Below, in pieces: positions 9,135-20,055 of a DNA stretch of 64,000 nucleotides. The notes under the pieces are model-generated. The model saw only the letters and a program-made list of their open reading frames with translations. It was not told where the DNA came from and did not search any database. The DNA is from Flavobacteriales bacterium. Its GTDB lineage: Bacteria > Bacteroidota > Bacteroidia > Flavobacteriales > Flavobacteriaceae. Each line of letters opens with the position of its first letter. The first letter of the stretch is position 1. The translations under genes were made by a program, and so were the position numbers. The stretch spans positions 28,777 through 92,776 of the forward strand of contig JALWTX010000015.1 of NCBI GenBank assembly GCA_026993355.1, read 5' to 3'.

Positions 9135-10802
9135 TTATACGGCGGCAGTTTTTTTAGCTTTGGCAGCTACCACGCGGTCATATACAACTAAACCTATGAT
9201 GGTGAGAAGACCAATTCCGGCAATTATATACCAAATTTGACTCGGATGGTAGGTATCCCATAAATATTGGGTGAGTTGGTCCGGCGTCATATGTAAGGCT
9301 TCGGCTGCTTTATGTATTAAATCAGTTTTTGAAAATTCGCCGCTCAATGGCAAATTTTCAATCCCGTGTTGCTTAGCATATTCTTTAATTTGCTTGACAA
9401 TGGGTTTCCAATTTTCGATATGTTCTTTTGGTGGAATAAATTTAAGAACTTCTTCAACATTTATGGCTTGCAAGGTCCTTAATTTTTCGATAAAGGCTTC
9501 TCTGGACAAAGGTGAGCCAATTGCCGGCATTTCTATTCCTTTTTCTTTTAACAAACGTTCTAACAAGCTGATCTTATCGGCATACTTTTCATACAAATCG
9601 CCGGTAATCCATTTGGTCAATAAATTGGCAAATGCAATAGGCAAAAAATAAGTTCCCATATAAAGGGCTTCTTTCCCTTTGGGCGATATTTTGGCAATAT
9701 AGTCCGAGAATTTTGGGTTAGAAGTCATTTCGCCAATAGCAAAAATGAAAATACCAAAAATGGTATAGAAAACATTGTTAGTATAAAAGGATAAGGCAAT
9801 CCCGATAATGGCAATCAGGATACCGGACATCATGGCATTAATAGGTTTCCATTTTAAAATAATGGTTGAAATGATCATCTGGAAGACTACAATAAAAAAC
9901 GCATCTAAATTGACAATCATTTCAGGATTAACACCTCCTTCTTTATTTTTGAAAAATTCGGCAAACCAATGCGGAATAAAAGCCGCATGTTCTAAGAAAT
10001 CGCCCAGCGGCTTGGTATTTACCCAATCTTCAATAAAGGTTGGCAAGGTATAAAACAACTGGTTAAACATCAACCAAAAACCAATCATAATGGTTAGCAA
10101 TAACGTTAATTTCATATCTGAAAGTGCTTCGGCTATGTTTTTAAAAGAGCGCTTGATGCTTTCGGTTATCGATTCGGTGTTTTTTTCGCGGTTAGGTTCT
10201 TTAAATAAAAATAAGACCAATAACATATTAACCGCAATGGAAGAGGTGGCCATAATAAAGACAATTTTCCAGCCATAGGCGTCGCGTAATTTGGCTGAGA
10301 ATAAAGGACCGAAAAACCCGCCGATATTGACCATCATATAAAACACCCCAAAACCAAATGAAGAATTTCGTTTATCGGTTGATTTGGTTACAATGGCCGA
10401 AGCAATAGGTTTAAACATGGCTGCACCGACGGCCACCCATAAAAAGACTAAAAAAACAGCCGAGTAGGAGGTAACGGTTCCCATAAAATAGTAGCCGGTT
10501 CCTAATAAGGTATAGGCTATGATTAAAGATTTTTTATAGCCTATTTTGTCGGCAATAGCGCCGGTAATAATGGGTAGTAAATACAAGATGAAAGTCACAT
10601 AAGACATGATTTCACCTTTTTGGATATGATTAAATCCTAAAGCGCCATCATCGGTCGAACCGGTTAAATATAATGCCAAAACGGCAAACAATCCATACCA
10701 TGCCCATCGTTCAAACAATTCCATGGCACTGGCCACCCAAAAAGGGCGTGGAAAAGACTTCAATAAGCCTATAAATCCTAAATTTTCCTCTTTTTTATTC
10801 AT
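9135..10802 (-). CDS. POT/PTR2-family peptide transporter, divergent paralog with a C-terminal soluble insert
   Basis: MFS topology with a variant PTR2 motif, ELFERWAWYG. A hydrophilic segment of about 125 aa precedes the final TM helix. Confidence 0.75.
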   Translation of the reverse strand: MNKKEENLGFIGLLKSFPRPFWVASAMELFERWAWYGLFAVLALYLTGSTDDGALGFNHIQKGEIMSYVTFILYLLPIITGAIADKIGYKKSLIIAYTLLGTGYYFMGTVTSYSAVFLVFLWVAVGAAMFKPIASAIVTKSTDKRNSSFGFGVFYMMVNIGGFFGPLFSAKLRDAYGWKIVFIMATSSIAVNMLLVLFLFKEPNREKNTESITESIKRSFKNIAEALSDMKLTLLLTIMIGFWLMFNQLFYTLPTFIEDWVNTKPLGDFLEHAAFIPHWFAEFFKNKEGGVNPEMIVNLDAFFIVVFQMIISTIILKWKPINAMMSGILIAIIGIALSFYTNNVFYTIFGIFIFAIGEMTSNPKFSDYIAKISPKGKEALYMGTYFLPIAFANLLTKWITGDLYEKYADKISLLERLLKEKGIEMPAIGSPLSREAFIEKLRTLQAINVEEVLKFIPPKEHIENWKPIVKQIKEYAKQHGIENLPLSGEFSKTDLIHKAAEALHMTPDQLTQYLWDTYHPSQIWYIIAGIGLLTIIGLVVYDRVVAAKAKKTAAV

Positions 10803-10892
10803 AATTAATTTAATTTTTTAAGTTAAACCCTGCTACCGTTTAAAGGAACAGGGTTTTTTTGATTGAGTTATTATTGGTTAATCAAAATTTTG

Positions 10893-12608
10893 TTAGTGTA
10901 TTCCTTTCATGGCTTTGTTCAATAAAGGAGAAATCAAAACAATGATTAAACCTGTCGCAAACATTACCCACATTATAAAAGGATACAATTCGATATGATG
11001 GCCTTTGGCATTGAGATTGTTCAAAATCCCTTCTAACATTCCAGCCATATAGTTACCCGCAGCAAAACTGGCCATCCAAAGTCCCATAACAACAGACACT
11101 AATTTTGTAGGTGCCAATTTGGTAATCATGGATAAACCGATGGGGGACAACATTAATTCGCCTAAAGTTAATAATACATAAACAGATACTAACCACCATG
11201 GCGATACTTTAACACCGGTATCGGCAATATGTTGGGCTTGTGTCATGACAAAAAAGGCAATCCCGCCTAAAAATAATCCTAAAGCAAATTTGATTGGGGT
11301 ACGTGGGTTAAGATGAAGTTTGTCTAGTTTTAACCACATAATAGAGAATAAAGGCGCAAAAATCAGGATGGCAAATGAGTTAACATTTTGAAACCAAGTA
11401 GCCGGAATTTCAGGGCCTTCGGAAGCGAATTTTAAGATGGCGAACAGGCCGAATATGAGGGTTGAAATACCACTGTATTTACCTAATTTTTTGGCCAACT
11501 GTAATTTTGCAGGATCGTCTGAGTAAATTTTTAAGTAAATAGTGTAAACCCAAGTAAGTAAAGAAATAAGAGCTAAGCCACCCCAAATTTTAATATCGAT
11601 TTGACCGATAACAGGAAGATTAAAACCGCTTAATTGCCGGTCGGTGTTGTCACGGGCAAATAAACTAAAAGTTCCGCCGGCTTGTTCAAATCCTGCCCAA
11701 AAAACGATATTGAATACTGCCAGTACTATTATCACGGCCATTCGGCTCCATTCGTCAGCACCATTGGTACCTTTGTATATAATGTAAAATAATACTAAGA
11801 AAATAACAATTAATCCGCCAATGGCAATGACTTCAGTAACCGAATCAGGCAATAGACGCCAAAGGTAAATGACGATAAAAGTGGCGACTATCAAGCCAAT
11901 AGCATATATAAAGATTTCACGCCAATCTTTTTTGTCTAAAACTGTTTTTTCCGGTGGCGTATGAGGGGGTAATCCTTCGTGTTCTAAGGTTCTCTCTTTC
12001 CATTTTAGCCATAAAACACTGAGTAGCATACCAATACCGGCGGCTAAAAAACCATAGCCCCAATTTACCCCTTCGCCTAAGCCTCCGGCAATAAATGTAC
12101 CTAAAATGGCACCGAGGTTAATACCAAGGTAAAAAATATTGAAAGCCGCATCTTTCATCGGATCATTGTCGTCATAAAATTCACCGACAACCGTCGAAAT
12201 ATTGGGTTTAAAAAACCCGTTCCCGATTATTAAAACCCCTAAGCCGAAATTGAATAGAAATAAACGTGTTTGCGGATCTAATTGATCAGCTAAAAATGCA
12301 CTGGCAGCCAATAAAAACTGCCCGATTGCCATCACAATACCACCAATATAAACCGTTTTACGTTGCCCTAAAAACTTATCTGAAATCCATCCGCCTAAAA
12401 TAGGGGTTAAATAAACTAAACCGGTAAATAAGGCGTATATTTCTAAGGCTTGTTCGCGTGGTAAGCCAAAACCATCGTCAATTAATTTAGCTGTTAAATA
12501 TAGCGTCAGTAAGGCCCGCATCCCATAGTAGCTGAATCGTTCCCACATTTCGGTGCCGAAAAGGGTATACAGCGCTCTGGGATGCGTTTTTTTAAACTCT
12601 TGTTTCAT
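10893..12608 (-). CDS. dtpT: Proton-dependent di/tripeptide transporter (POT family)
   Basis: Canonical PTR2 signature GTEMWERFSYYGMRALL, plus FNIFYLGINLGA. Confidence 0.9.
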   Translation of the reverse strand: MKQEFKKTHPRALYTLFGTEMWERFSYYGMRALLTLYLTAKLIDDGFGLPREQALEIYALFTGLVYLTPILGGWISDKFLGQRKTVYIGGIVMAIGQFLLAASAFLADQLDPQTRLFLFNFGLGVLIIGNGFFKPNISTVVGEFYDDNDPMKDAAFNIFYLGINLGAILGTFIAGGLGEGVNWGYGFLAAGIGMLLSVLWLKWKERTLEHEGLPPHTPPEKTVLDKKDWREIFIYAIGLIVATFIVIYLWRLLPDSVTEVIAIGGLIVIFLVLFYIIYKGTNGADEWSRMAVIIVLAVFNIVFWAGFEQAGGTFSLFARDNTDRQLSGFNLPVIGQIDIKIWGGLALISLLTWVYTIYLKIYSDDPAKLQLAKKLGKYSGISTLIFGLFAILKFASEGPEIPATWFQNVNSFAILIFAPLFSIMWLKLDKLHLNPRTPIKFALGLFLGGIAFFVMTQAQHIADTGVKVSPWWLVSVYVLLTLGELMLSPIGLSMITKLAPTKLVSVVMGLWMASFAAGNYMAGMLEGILNNLNAKGHHIELYPFIMWVMFATGLIIVLISPLLNKAMKGIH

Positions 12609-12653
12609 AATTTATCTTTTTTCGTTTTATAAAAGTTAATGTTTGTTTTTTAA

Positions 12654-14816
12654 TTATAAGTTGTTCTCGATATAATGCAGCATTTTTTTATACAAATGAT
12701 GACGTGTTTTTCCGCCGTAAATCCCATGATTTTTATCGGTATAAATCATTTCATCAAAGGCTTGATCATTTTCCTGCAACTTTTTGGCCAAACGCATGCT
12801 GTTTTGCAAATGCACATTGTCATCGGCGCTCCCATGTATGAGTAAAAACTTACCTTTTAAACCATTAGTAAAATATAAAGGCGAATTATCATCATAGCCT
12901 TTGGGGTTATCTTGTGGCAAGCCCATATAACGTTCGGTGTAAACGGTATCATAAAATCGCCAATTGGTTACGGGGGCAACGGCAATGGCTAAATGAAAAA
13001 TATCCGCTTTTTTTAAGATGGCATTACTGGACATAAATCCGCCGAAAGACCAACCCCAAATGCCGATTCGTTTGGGATTAATGTATGTATTTTTTGCCAT
13101 TTGTTTGGCTACTGCTGCAATATCTTCCAATTCTAATTTGCCTAATTGACCATAAGTTAGTTTTTTAAAAAAAGCACCGCGTCCACCTGTACCACGGGGG
13201 TCCACAGAAAGGATGATAAAACCTTTTTGTGCCAACAAAAAATGATAGTAATCGTTGCTGTTATACCAAGTATTGCGTACAGTTTGGACATTGGGCCCAC
13301 TATACTGGTAAATTAAAACGGGATATTTTTTATTGGGATCAAAATTTTTGGGATATATTATGTAGGCATTCAAATCCAGTAGCCCATCCGCCGATTTAAA
13401 TGTCGTAAATTGCTTTTCCGGCAAGTGATATTTTTTTATTTTATCAAGTAAATTTTTGTTGTCTTCAATAAGCTTTATTATTTTGCCATTTTCTCCTAAG
13501 TTTACTGTAAAAGTATAGGGTTTATTAACAGAGGAGTAAGTATTTATAAAATATTTATGATTGGCACTAAATTCTGCATTCGAAGTGCCTTTTTCAGGTG
13601 TCAAACATTTTTTGTGTCGGCCTTTTAAATCGATGCTGTAAACAGCACGGTTAAGACTGCCGGTTTCCGTTGATTGATAAAAAAGGCGGTTTAGATTAGG
13701 ATCATAACCATAAAAACCGGTCACTTCCCACTTTCCTTTGGTAATTTGTCTGATTTGTTTGCCTTTACGGTCATACAAATAGAAATGATTGTACCCACTT
13801 GTTTCATTTGACCAAAGAAATTGTCCGGAGGGTAAAAAGGTTAGATTATCTATAGCTTCTAAATCGATATATTTGTCCGTTTTCCGGTCAATGACAAAGT
13901 CTCCTTTTTTAAATTTAGTGTTGTACTTAAAAAGTTTAATATGATTTTGTAAACGGTTAAGGGTAATGGCTGTTAAACAATCGTTATTTGCCCATTTTAT
14001 ACGTGGAATATATTCGTAATCGCCCAAATCTAGTTTGTTGGTTTTGCCGGTTGTCAAGTTATAATAATGTAGGCTGACGGTCGAATTCTTTTCACCGGCT
14101 TTAGGATATTTAAAAGTTTCAACTTTGGGGTAGAGATATTCTTCATAACGAATCATCGAGAATTGCGGCACCTCTGTTTCGTCAAATTTGACATAAGCCA
14201 GTTTTTTGCCATCCGGACTCCATTCGTAAGCTTTACTGTAGCTGAATTCTTCTTCATAAACCCAATCGGGGATACCGTTAATGATATGGTTTTTTAAGCC
14301 GTCAGTTGTAATTTGGATTGTTTTATGTGATTTTAAATCTTTGAAAAATAAATTGTTCTCTTTAACATAAGCGACTTTGTCTCCGGCGGGACTGAAATCC
14401 GGTTCTTGAATGTCATCCGGATCAATTTTACTTAATGCTTTTGTAATACGATTATACACATAATAAATACCTTTACGTGAATGTCTGTAAATGGGTTTAA
14501 GTTGGCTGCCGATGATAATTTTTTGTTCATCAGGCGAGAATTTATAAGTAAAATAACCGACAAAAGGATATTTTGCCGTTGAAAAAGCCACACTTTCTTT
14601 TTTTAAATCGGTATAATTATAAATACCTATTTCATAAGCATTTTTGGCTTTGTTATAATCTATTTTGGAAAATTTATCAGATTTAGGCATTGCTTCCAAA
14701 CCATACAGATATTTAGGTCGGAAAGCCCCATTCCAAATATCGTCAATGGTATAAGTGGGGGATTGTGACCATAATTGAAAACCGATAAAAAATATAAGTA
14801 ATGAGAGTTTTTTCAT
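12654..14816 (-). CDS. Dipeptidyl-peptidase IV (S9B serine peptidase)
   Basis: Signal peptide, long beta-propeller region, nucleophile elbow GWSFGG, and downstream GSADDNVH and DKNHG (Asp and His of the triad). Confidence 0.9.
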   Translation of the reverse strand: MKKLSLLIFFIGFQLWSQSPTYTIDDIWNGAFRPKYLYGLEAMPKSDKFSKIDYNKAKNAYEIGIYNYTDLKKESVAFSTAKYPFVGYFTYKFSPDEQKIIIGSQLKPIYRHSRKGIYYVYNRITKALSKIDPDDIQEPDFSPAGDKVAYVKENNLFFKDLKSHKTIQITTDGLKNHIINGIPDWVYEEEFSYSKAYEWSPDGKKLAYVKFDETEVPQFSMIRYEEYLYPKVETFKYPKAGEKNSTVSLHYYNLTTGKTNKLDLGDYEYIPRIKWANNDCLTAITLNRLQNHIKLFKYNTKFKKGDFVIDRKTDKYIDLEAIDNLTFLPSGQFLWSNETSGYNHFYLYDRKGKQIRQITKGKWEVTGFYGYDPNLNRLFYQSTETGSLNRAVYSIDLKGRHKKCLTPEKGTSNAEFSANHKYFINTYSSVNKPYTFTVNLGENGKIIKLIEDNKNLLDKIKKYHLPEKQFTTFKSADGLLDLNAYIIYPKNFDPNKKYPVLIYQYSGPNVQTVRNTWYNSNDYYHFLLAQKGFIILSVDPRGTGGRGAFFKKLTYGQLGKLELEDIAAVAKQMAKNTYINPKRIGIWGWSFGGFMSSNAILKKADIFHLAIAVAPVTNWRFYDTVYTERYMGLPQDNPKGYDDNSPLYFTNGLKGKFLLIHGSADDNVHLQNSMRLAKKLQENDQAFDEMIYTDKNHGIYGGKTRHHLYKKMLHYIENNL

Positions 14817-14869
14817 AGAAAATTTAAAATTTCGAATGCCAAAGTAAGCATTTTTTTTGAAAAAATGCC

Positions 14870-15520
14870 TTATTTAAAGAAGGTTTTTTTGATTTGTGAT
14901 TCATCGCCGATGACAAAAATAATATCATCTTTTTTAAACTTTAAATCGGGTTGTGTAACGACTTCTGTTTGTCCGTCTCGGGAAAGCATCAACACATTTA
15001 ACCCATATTTTTTTCGCAAATCCAAGTCTTTGAGTGATTTACCTTCATATTTACCGGGCACTACAACTTCCATTAAAGTATTGTTATCCGTGATTTTAAA
15101 TTTTTCAATAATATCCGGATGGGTAATTTTATCGGCCAGTCGAATGGCCGCCGAGACTTCGGGCAAAATCACTTCATCGGCGCCAATTTTATACAAAATT
15201 TCTCTTTGCACGGGCGTATTTGCTTTGCCAATGATATGCTTTACGCCCATTTTTTTCATATGGGTAATGCCTAAAATAATGGATTCAAGGTTGCTGCTCA
15301 TGGCCAAAATAACTTGATCAAACTGGTCAATTTGAATTTTTTTTAGAATATCCGGTTCGGTAATGTCCGCTATTAAGGCAATATCAACCTCATCTTTTAT
15401 TTGATTAATTTTTTTTTCGTCCGTGTCTATAGCCAGGATATGATGGCCGTTTTTGGACAATTGTCGGGCTACCTCGTAACCAAATGTTCCTAAGCCGATT
15501 ACTGCAATATCTTTTTTCAT
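14870..15520 (-). CDS. K+ uptake regulatory subunit TrkA/KtrA (RCK domains)
   Basis: Rossmann motif VIGLGTFG with RCK_N plus RCK_C layout. Adjacent to the TrkH/KtrB gene. Confidence 0.85.
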   Translation of the reverse strand: MKKDIAVIGLGTFGYEVARQLSKNGHHILAIDTDEKKINQIKDEVDIALIADITEPDILKKIQIDQFDQVILAMSSNLESIILGITHMKKMGVKHIIGKANTPVQREILYKIGADEVILPEVSAAIRLADKITHPDIIEKFKITDNNTLMEVVVPGKYEGKSLKDLDLRKKYGLNVLMLSRDGQTEVVTQPDLKFKKDDIIFVIGDESQIKKTFFK

Positions 15521-15533
15521 TCTTTAGTTTTTA

Positions 15534-16859
15534 TTAGAAAATCTCTCCATTCGGATATTTTATGTCAATGTTTTTTTGTTTATTAATGGTCGCCATAGCA
15601 AAAGAGGCCGGTCCTAAACGGCCAATAAACATTAAGGCAATAATGATTATCTTGCCTTTAAGACTTAATAAAGGCGTTAAGCCCAAACTTAAGCCAACTG
15701 TACCAATGGCTGAAACTGCTTCAAAAATGCTGTTTTTAAACCCAAAAGAGGTCCGGTGAAACAACCATAAAATACCCAAAGACAAAACTAAAAAGTAAAC
15801 AATTGCTGTCCCAAATGCCTTTAAAATTTGCTGCCGGCTGATTGTACGGTGCCATATAACGACGCTTTCTCGTCCTTTGAGTACTGAGAAAACTGCATAA
15901 ATCATGATAAAAAAGTTGGTTGTTTTAATACCCCCGCCGGTTGATCCGGGTGAGGCACCAATAAACATAAGAATAAGCAATAAAAAAATACTGGCATTAC
16001 TCAATATTTTTAAATCCACTGAATTGAACCCTGCCGTCCGGGCGGTTACCGATTGAAAAAAACTATCGACCCAACCAATTTGACCGTTTTGGAAGTAAAA
16101 AATTAATAAGGTACCGGCAAGAATTAAAAACAAGCTGACCGATAAAACTATTTTGCTGTGCAAACTCAAACGGCGTTTTTCTCTGAAATAAGCCATTAAT
16201 TCAAAAATGACAAAATAGCCTAAACCACCCGTAATGATAAGTAAAGCAACACTGATTTTAATCAGTGAATTGGTATGAATTAAGCTGTCGTCAAAGGGCG
16301 AAAAACCGGCATTGCAAAAGGCTGATATACTATGAAAAAAACCTTGATAAAGGGCATTCTGTAGTTTAAATCCTTGCTGGTAAAAACCGATACTCAAAAA
16401 TAACATGCCAATCAGCTCAGATATAAAAGTGATACGCAAGATATTTTTAAGGACATAATTGGCATCATTTAAATTGAAATTTTCTTGCAATTGTGAAAAA
16501 GACAGACGGTGTTTTAAATTGACATTCCCTTTTACGGCAATTAAAAAAGAAGAAGTAATTGTCATAATGCCAATAGCGCCCAGCTGCATTAGTAATAATA
16601 GAACAAGTTGGCCTGCCAAATTGAAACCCGAAGTCGGGACGGTCGCCAATCCGGTTACACAAACGGCTGAGGTTGCTTCAAAAATGGCGTCTATCCATTT
16701 TAAGCCGTTTTGATGATGTACAAAGGGAAGTTTTAAAGCCAGTGTGCCAAAACCGATTAATAATATAAATGAAAGAACCAGGTATTGCCAAGGATTGAAT
16801 TTGTATTCGTTTAAAAATTTGACTTGCATAAAAAAAACACTGATAGATGAGAGTTGCAA
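15534..16859 (-). CDS. K+ transporter TrkH/KtrB family
   Basis: Four pore-loop-like motifs (VTGLATV, CNAGFS, TGGGIKT, GTVGLS) in a polytopic protein. Confidence 0.85.
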   Translation of the reverse strand: MQLSSISVFFMQVKFLNEYKFNPWQYLVLSFILLIGFGTLALKLPFVHHQNGLKWIDAIFEATSAVCVTGLATVPTSGFNLAGQLVLLLLMQLGAIGIMTITSSFLIAVKGNVNLKHRLSFSQLQENFNLNDANYVLKNILRITFISELIGMLFLSIGFYQQGFKLQNALYQGFFHSISAFCNAGFSPFDDSLIHTNSLIKISVALLIITGGLGYFVIFELMAYFREKRRLSLHSKIVLSVSLFLILAGTLLIFYFQNGQIGWVDSFFQSVTARTAGFNSVDLKILSNASIFLLLILMFIGASPGSTGGGIKTTNFFIMIYAVFSVLKGRESVVIWHRTISRQQILKAFGTAIVYFLVLSLGILWLFHRTSFGFKNSIFEAVSAIGTVGLSLGLTPLLSLKGKIIIIALMFIGRLGPASFAMATINKQKNIDIKYPNGEIF

Positions 16860-16929
16860 ATTACAAAAATCTGTTTATTCGTCTTTGACTAAAGTAAGTT
16901 TTTGCCTATTTTTAGCTTATTTACTGAAC

Positions 16930-18387
16930 TTATTGGTACACGGGGACAATTTTCAAAGTGTCTATCTTAAATCGTTCTTTGACCCACAAATATAATTTTT
17001 TTTGACGCAGGTAGCGTTGGTATTTTGATAAACGACGATCCCATTGAAGCAATAAAATAGGTAAAGTGTCTTTTTGCTTAAAATCGGTTTCGATTACTTT
17101 TCCGAAGCCCAATTTTTTAATATGGGGGAATAAAGTTTTGGTTTCATTGGCAAACTGATCAAAAGGCATATCGGTAAGGTTTTTTTGGCGTTTAAGTTTT
17201 ATAAGTTCATCCGTTAACCGTTTAATTTGTTCATCTTTATCTTTTATAATTTCTTTATTTTCCTTAAATAATTTATCCAAAATCTGTTGCCGCAACTTTT
17301 CTGAAAGGGATTGTTCTATTTCTTTGGTTTTATCGGCAGATTGGTAAACGTATAAATGGGCATCAGAAAATTTTGGTATTTGATGTAACGCAGATTGCCA
17401 AGTTTCAATAATTTTTTGTGGCACAACTTCTCCAATCAGATAAACTTCAATAGCTTTTTTGTCAGGGTCAATCTTGGTTTTGATGATTTGAGCACCTTTA
17501 TAACTAATATGTTCATTGATAAAGGATTGGGCCGTGCGCTTAAAAATTTCTGCATTGTATATTCTAATAAAAGAAATAATGCTGGGAATCATCACCAAAA
17601 AAGCTAAAAAATAAATAATCCGGCTAATACGACGGCGTTTAGCGGAGTTTAAATAATGAGCAACCGGAAAATGTAAATACTTAATAATTAAGAAAGTAGC
17701 CAGTGCTATAAAAAAAGAATTGATTAGTAGTAAATACATGGCACCGGTAAAAAAATGTATATTACCTGTTGCCAACCCAAAACCGGCCGTGCAAAGTGGT
17801 GGCATTAAAGCCGTTGCAATGGCAACACCGCTGATGACATTGAAAAAACCGCGTTTGGTCAAGGCAACAATCCCTGCCAGTCCACCAAAAAAAGCAATTA
17901 ATACATCGAAAAAAGTAGGACTGGTACGCGCTAATAATTCACTGGACTCGTAAGCTAGCGGCGAAATTTTAAAATATAAAAAGGAGGTGAGGATACTGAG
18001 ACTTACCATCACCAAAAAATTGATGATAGATTTTCTAAAGGTATCAATATCATTGGTGCCGATGGCAAATCCGGCACCCATAATAGGCCCCATTAAAGGT
18101 GAAATAAGCATGGCGCCAATAACAACGGGTGTAGAATTGGCATTTAACCCAACCGAGGCAATAATCACCGAAAAAATAAGTAACCAAGCGGTGTGTCCTC
18201 TAAAAGGTATGTTTTCTAAAATAGTTTGACGGGTAAAATCTTTGTCAGCACTCTTACGTATATTGAAAAGTTCCTTTATAAAGTCAATGGCGACTTGCCA
18301 AAATTCTTTAAATTCTTTTTTGACGACTTTTTCTTTTTTTTCAATGAGCTTTTCTTCAGCTTCAAATTGTTCTTTTTGTTTTTTCAT
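16930..18387 (-). CDS. DUF389 family membrane protein with Lys/Glu-rich N-terminus and coiled-coil C-terminal region
   Basis: Conserved DUF389-type motif MLISPLMGPIMG and multiple TM helices. Confidence 0.65.
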   Translation of the reverse strand: MKKQKEQFEAEEKLIEKKEKVVKKEFKEFWQVAIDFIKELFNIRKSADKDFTRQTILENIPFRGHTAWLLIFSVIIASVGLNANSTPVVIGAMLISPLMGPIMGAGFAIGTNDIDTFRKSIINFLVMVSLSILTSFLYFKISPLAYESSELLARTSPTFFDVLIAFFGGLAGIVALTKRGFFNVISGVAIATALMPPLCTAGFGLATGNIHFFTGAMYLLLINSFFIALATFLIIKYLHFPVAHYLNSAKRRRISRIIYFLAFLVMIPSIISFIRIYNAEIFKRTAQSFINEHISYKGAQIIKTKIDPDKKAIEVYLIGEVVPQKIIETWQSALHQIPKFSDAHLYVYQSADKTKEIEQSLSEKLRQQILDKLFKENKEIIKDKDEQIKRLTDELIKLKRQKNLTDMPFDQFANETKTLFPHIKKLGFGKVIETDFKQKDTLPILLLQWDRRLSKYQRYLRQKKLYLWVKERFKIDTLKIVPVYQ

Positions 18388-18520
18388 ATAGGCAGACTTA
18401 AAGCAAATTTAATTAAATTATTTTAAACATATTTCATAGTTAATTTTACCAGTCAAATCTTTACCGAAAATTTTCTATAAAAAAATGATTTTTTAAAGGC
18501 ATTGTTCGTCCTTTGTATTG

Positions 18521-18528
18521 TAATTTTG
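18521..18528 (+). promoter_or_regulatory. Bacteroidota -7 promoter box TAATTTTG upstream of ackA
   Basis: Exact TAnnTTTG match, ending 53 nt upstream of the ackA ATG. Confidence 0.5.
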
Positions 18529-18581
18529 TCATGCATTAAATTAAATTTGTCAATTTCTTTTAAAAAAATAAAATATTAAAA

Positions 18582-19751
18582 ATGAAAGTATTAGTATTAA
18601 ACTCAGGCAGTTCGTCTTTAAAATTCCAGTTGTTTGAAATGCCACAAGGAAAAGTGCTGGTAAAAGGCTTGGCCGAACGCATAGGTGAGGAAACAGGGCG
18701 TTTTAAAGCCAATGATTATGAGGTCATTGAAAAAATACCAACGCACAAAGAAGCTTTGGAACTTTTGACTGCTTATTTACTCAATCCGGCACATCATATC
18801 ATAAAAGATAAAAGTGAAATAAAAATTGTTGGACACCGGGTGGTACATGGCGGAAATACTTTTGTGCAACCAACTATAATTGATGCAGCCGTCAAATCTA
18901 AAATTAAAGATTTATTCTCTTTGGCACCCTTACATAATCCGGCTAATTTGACCGGTATCGAAACAGCTGAAGAGATTTTTCCACAAGCCACCCAAATCGC
19001 TGTTTTTGATACAGCTTTTCATCAAACCATTCCGCAGATCAATCATCAATATGCCATTCCGGAAAAATTTTATAAAGCAGGCATTCGCAAATATGGTTTT
19101 CATGGTATCAGTCATCAATATGTTTCGCGTGAAGCCAATAAGCGATTAGGAAAAACAAATACAAAAGTGATTACCTTGCATTTGGGCAATGGCGCCAGTG
19201 CGACCGCTGTTCTAAACGGTAAAAGTTACGACACCAGCATGGGATTTGGCCCGATGAACGGGTTGATTATGGGGACACGAAGTGGAGATATAGATCAATC
19301 TATTATTTTTTATCTTGTCCAAAAAATGGGTTATAGCTTGGAAGAAGTCCAAAATATTTTGAACAAAAAAAGCGGCATGACTGCTTTGGCCGGTAGTAAC
19401 GATTTGCGAGACGTTGAAACAGCTGCGGGTAAGGGTGATCAAAAAGCACAATTAGCATTGGAGATGTATGCCGGTGCTATTAAAAAATATATTGGTAATT
19501 ATACCGCCCAAATGGATGGCTTGGATGCTTTGGTTTTTACAGCTGGTATAGGCGAAAATTCTGAGACTGTCCGTGCTTTGGCTACTAAAAATTTAACTTA
19601 TTTGGGGCTGGAAATTGATTCTGAAAAAAATAATGCCCCCCATGTTTTTAAAGGCGATATTACCGGCAAACAATCTAAAGTAAAGGTTTGGGTTATCCCT
19701 ACAAATGAGGAACTGGAAATAGCCCAACAAGCCTTTGCTTTAATTAAATAA
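18582..19751 (+). CDS. ackA: Acetate kinase
   Basis: N-terminal signature MKVLVLNSGSSSLKFQLF plus VGHRVVHGG and conserved C-terminal motifs. Confidence 0.95.
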   Translation: MKVLVLNSGSSSLKFQLFEMPQGKVLVKGLAERIGEETGRFKANDYEVIEKIPTHKEALELLTAYLLNPAHHIIKDKSEIKIVGHRVVHGGNTFVQPTIIDAAVKSKIKDLFSLAPLHNPANLTGIETAEEIFPQATQIAVFDTAFHQTIPQINHQYAIPEKFYKAGIRKYGFHGISHQYVSREANKRLGKTNTKVITLHLGNGASATAVLNGKSYDTSMGFGPMNGLIMGTRSGDIDQSIIFYLVQKMGYSLEEVQNILNKKSGMTALAGSNDLRDVETAAGKGDQKAQLALEMYAGAIKKYIGNYTAQMDGLDALVFTAGIGENSETVRALATKNLTYLGLEIDSEKNNAPHVFKGDITGKQSKVKVWVIPTNEELEIAQQAFALIK

Positions 19752-19775
19752 GTGGTTGAAATTAATAAAAAAACG

Positions 19776-19808
19776 AGGCTGCCTACTTATAGACAGCCTG
19801 TTTTTTTT

Positions 19809-19809
<1 letters not shown>
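19776..19809. terminator. Bidirectional intrinsic terminator between ackA and tRNA-Pro(CGG)
   Basis: Stem AGGCTG (19776-19781) pairs with CAGCCT (19794-19799). It is followed by T9 on the + strand and preceded by an A-run, which reads as a T-run on the - strand. Confidence 0.8.
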
Positions 19810-19885
<76 letters not shown>

Positions 19886-19928
19886 AAAAACTATTAAATA
19901 TTTTTAAATAATAATATTTATTTTTTTT

Positions 19929-19964
19929 AATAAAACCATTTTACGGCCGTAAAATGGTTTTATT
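19929..19964. repeat. 36-bp perfect palindrome between the two tRNA-Pro genes
   Basis: AATAAAACCATTTTACGG|CCGTAAAATGGTTTTATT, preceded by T8 (19921-19928). Confidence 0.9.
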
Positions 19965-19965
19965 C

Positions 19966-20044
<79 letters not shown>

Positions 20045-20055
20045 AAAATGTTTTG

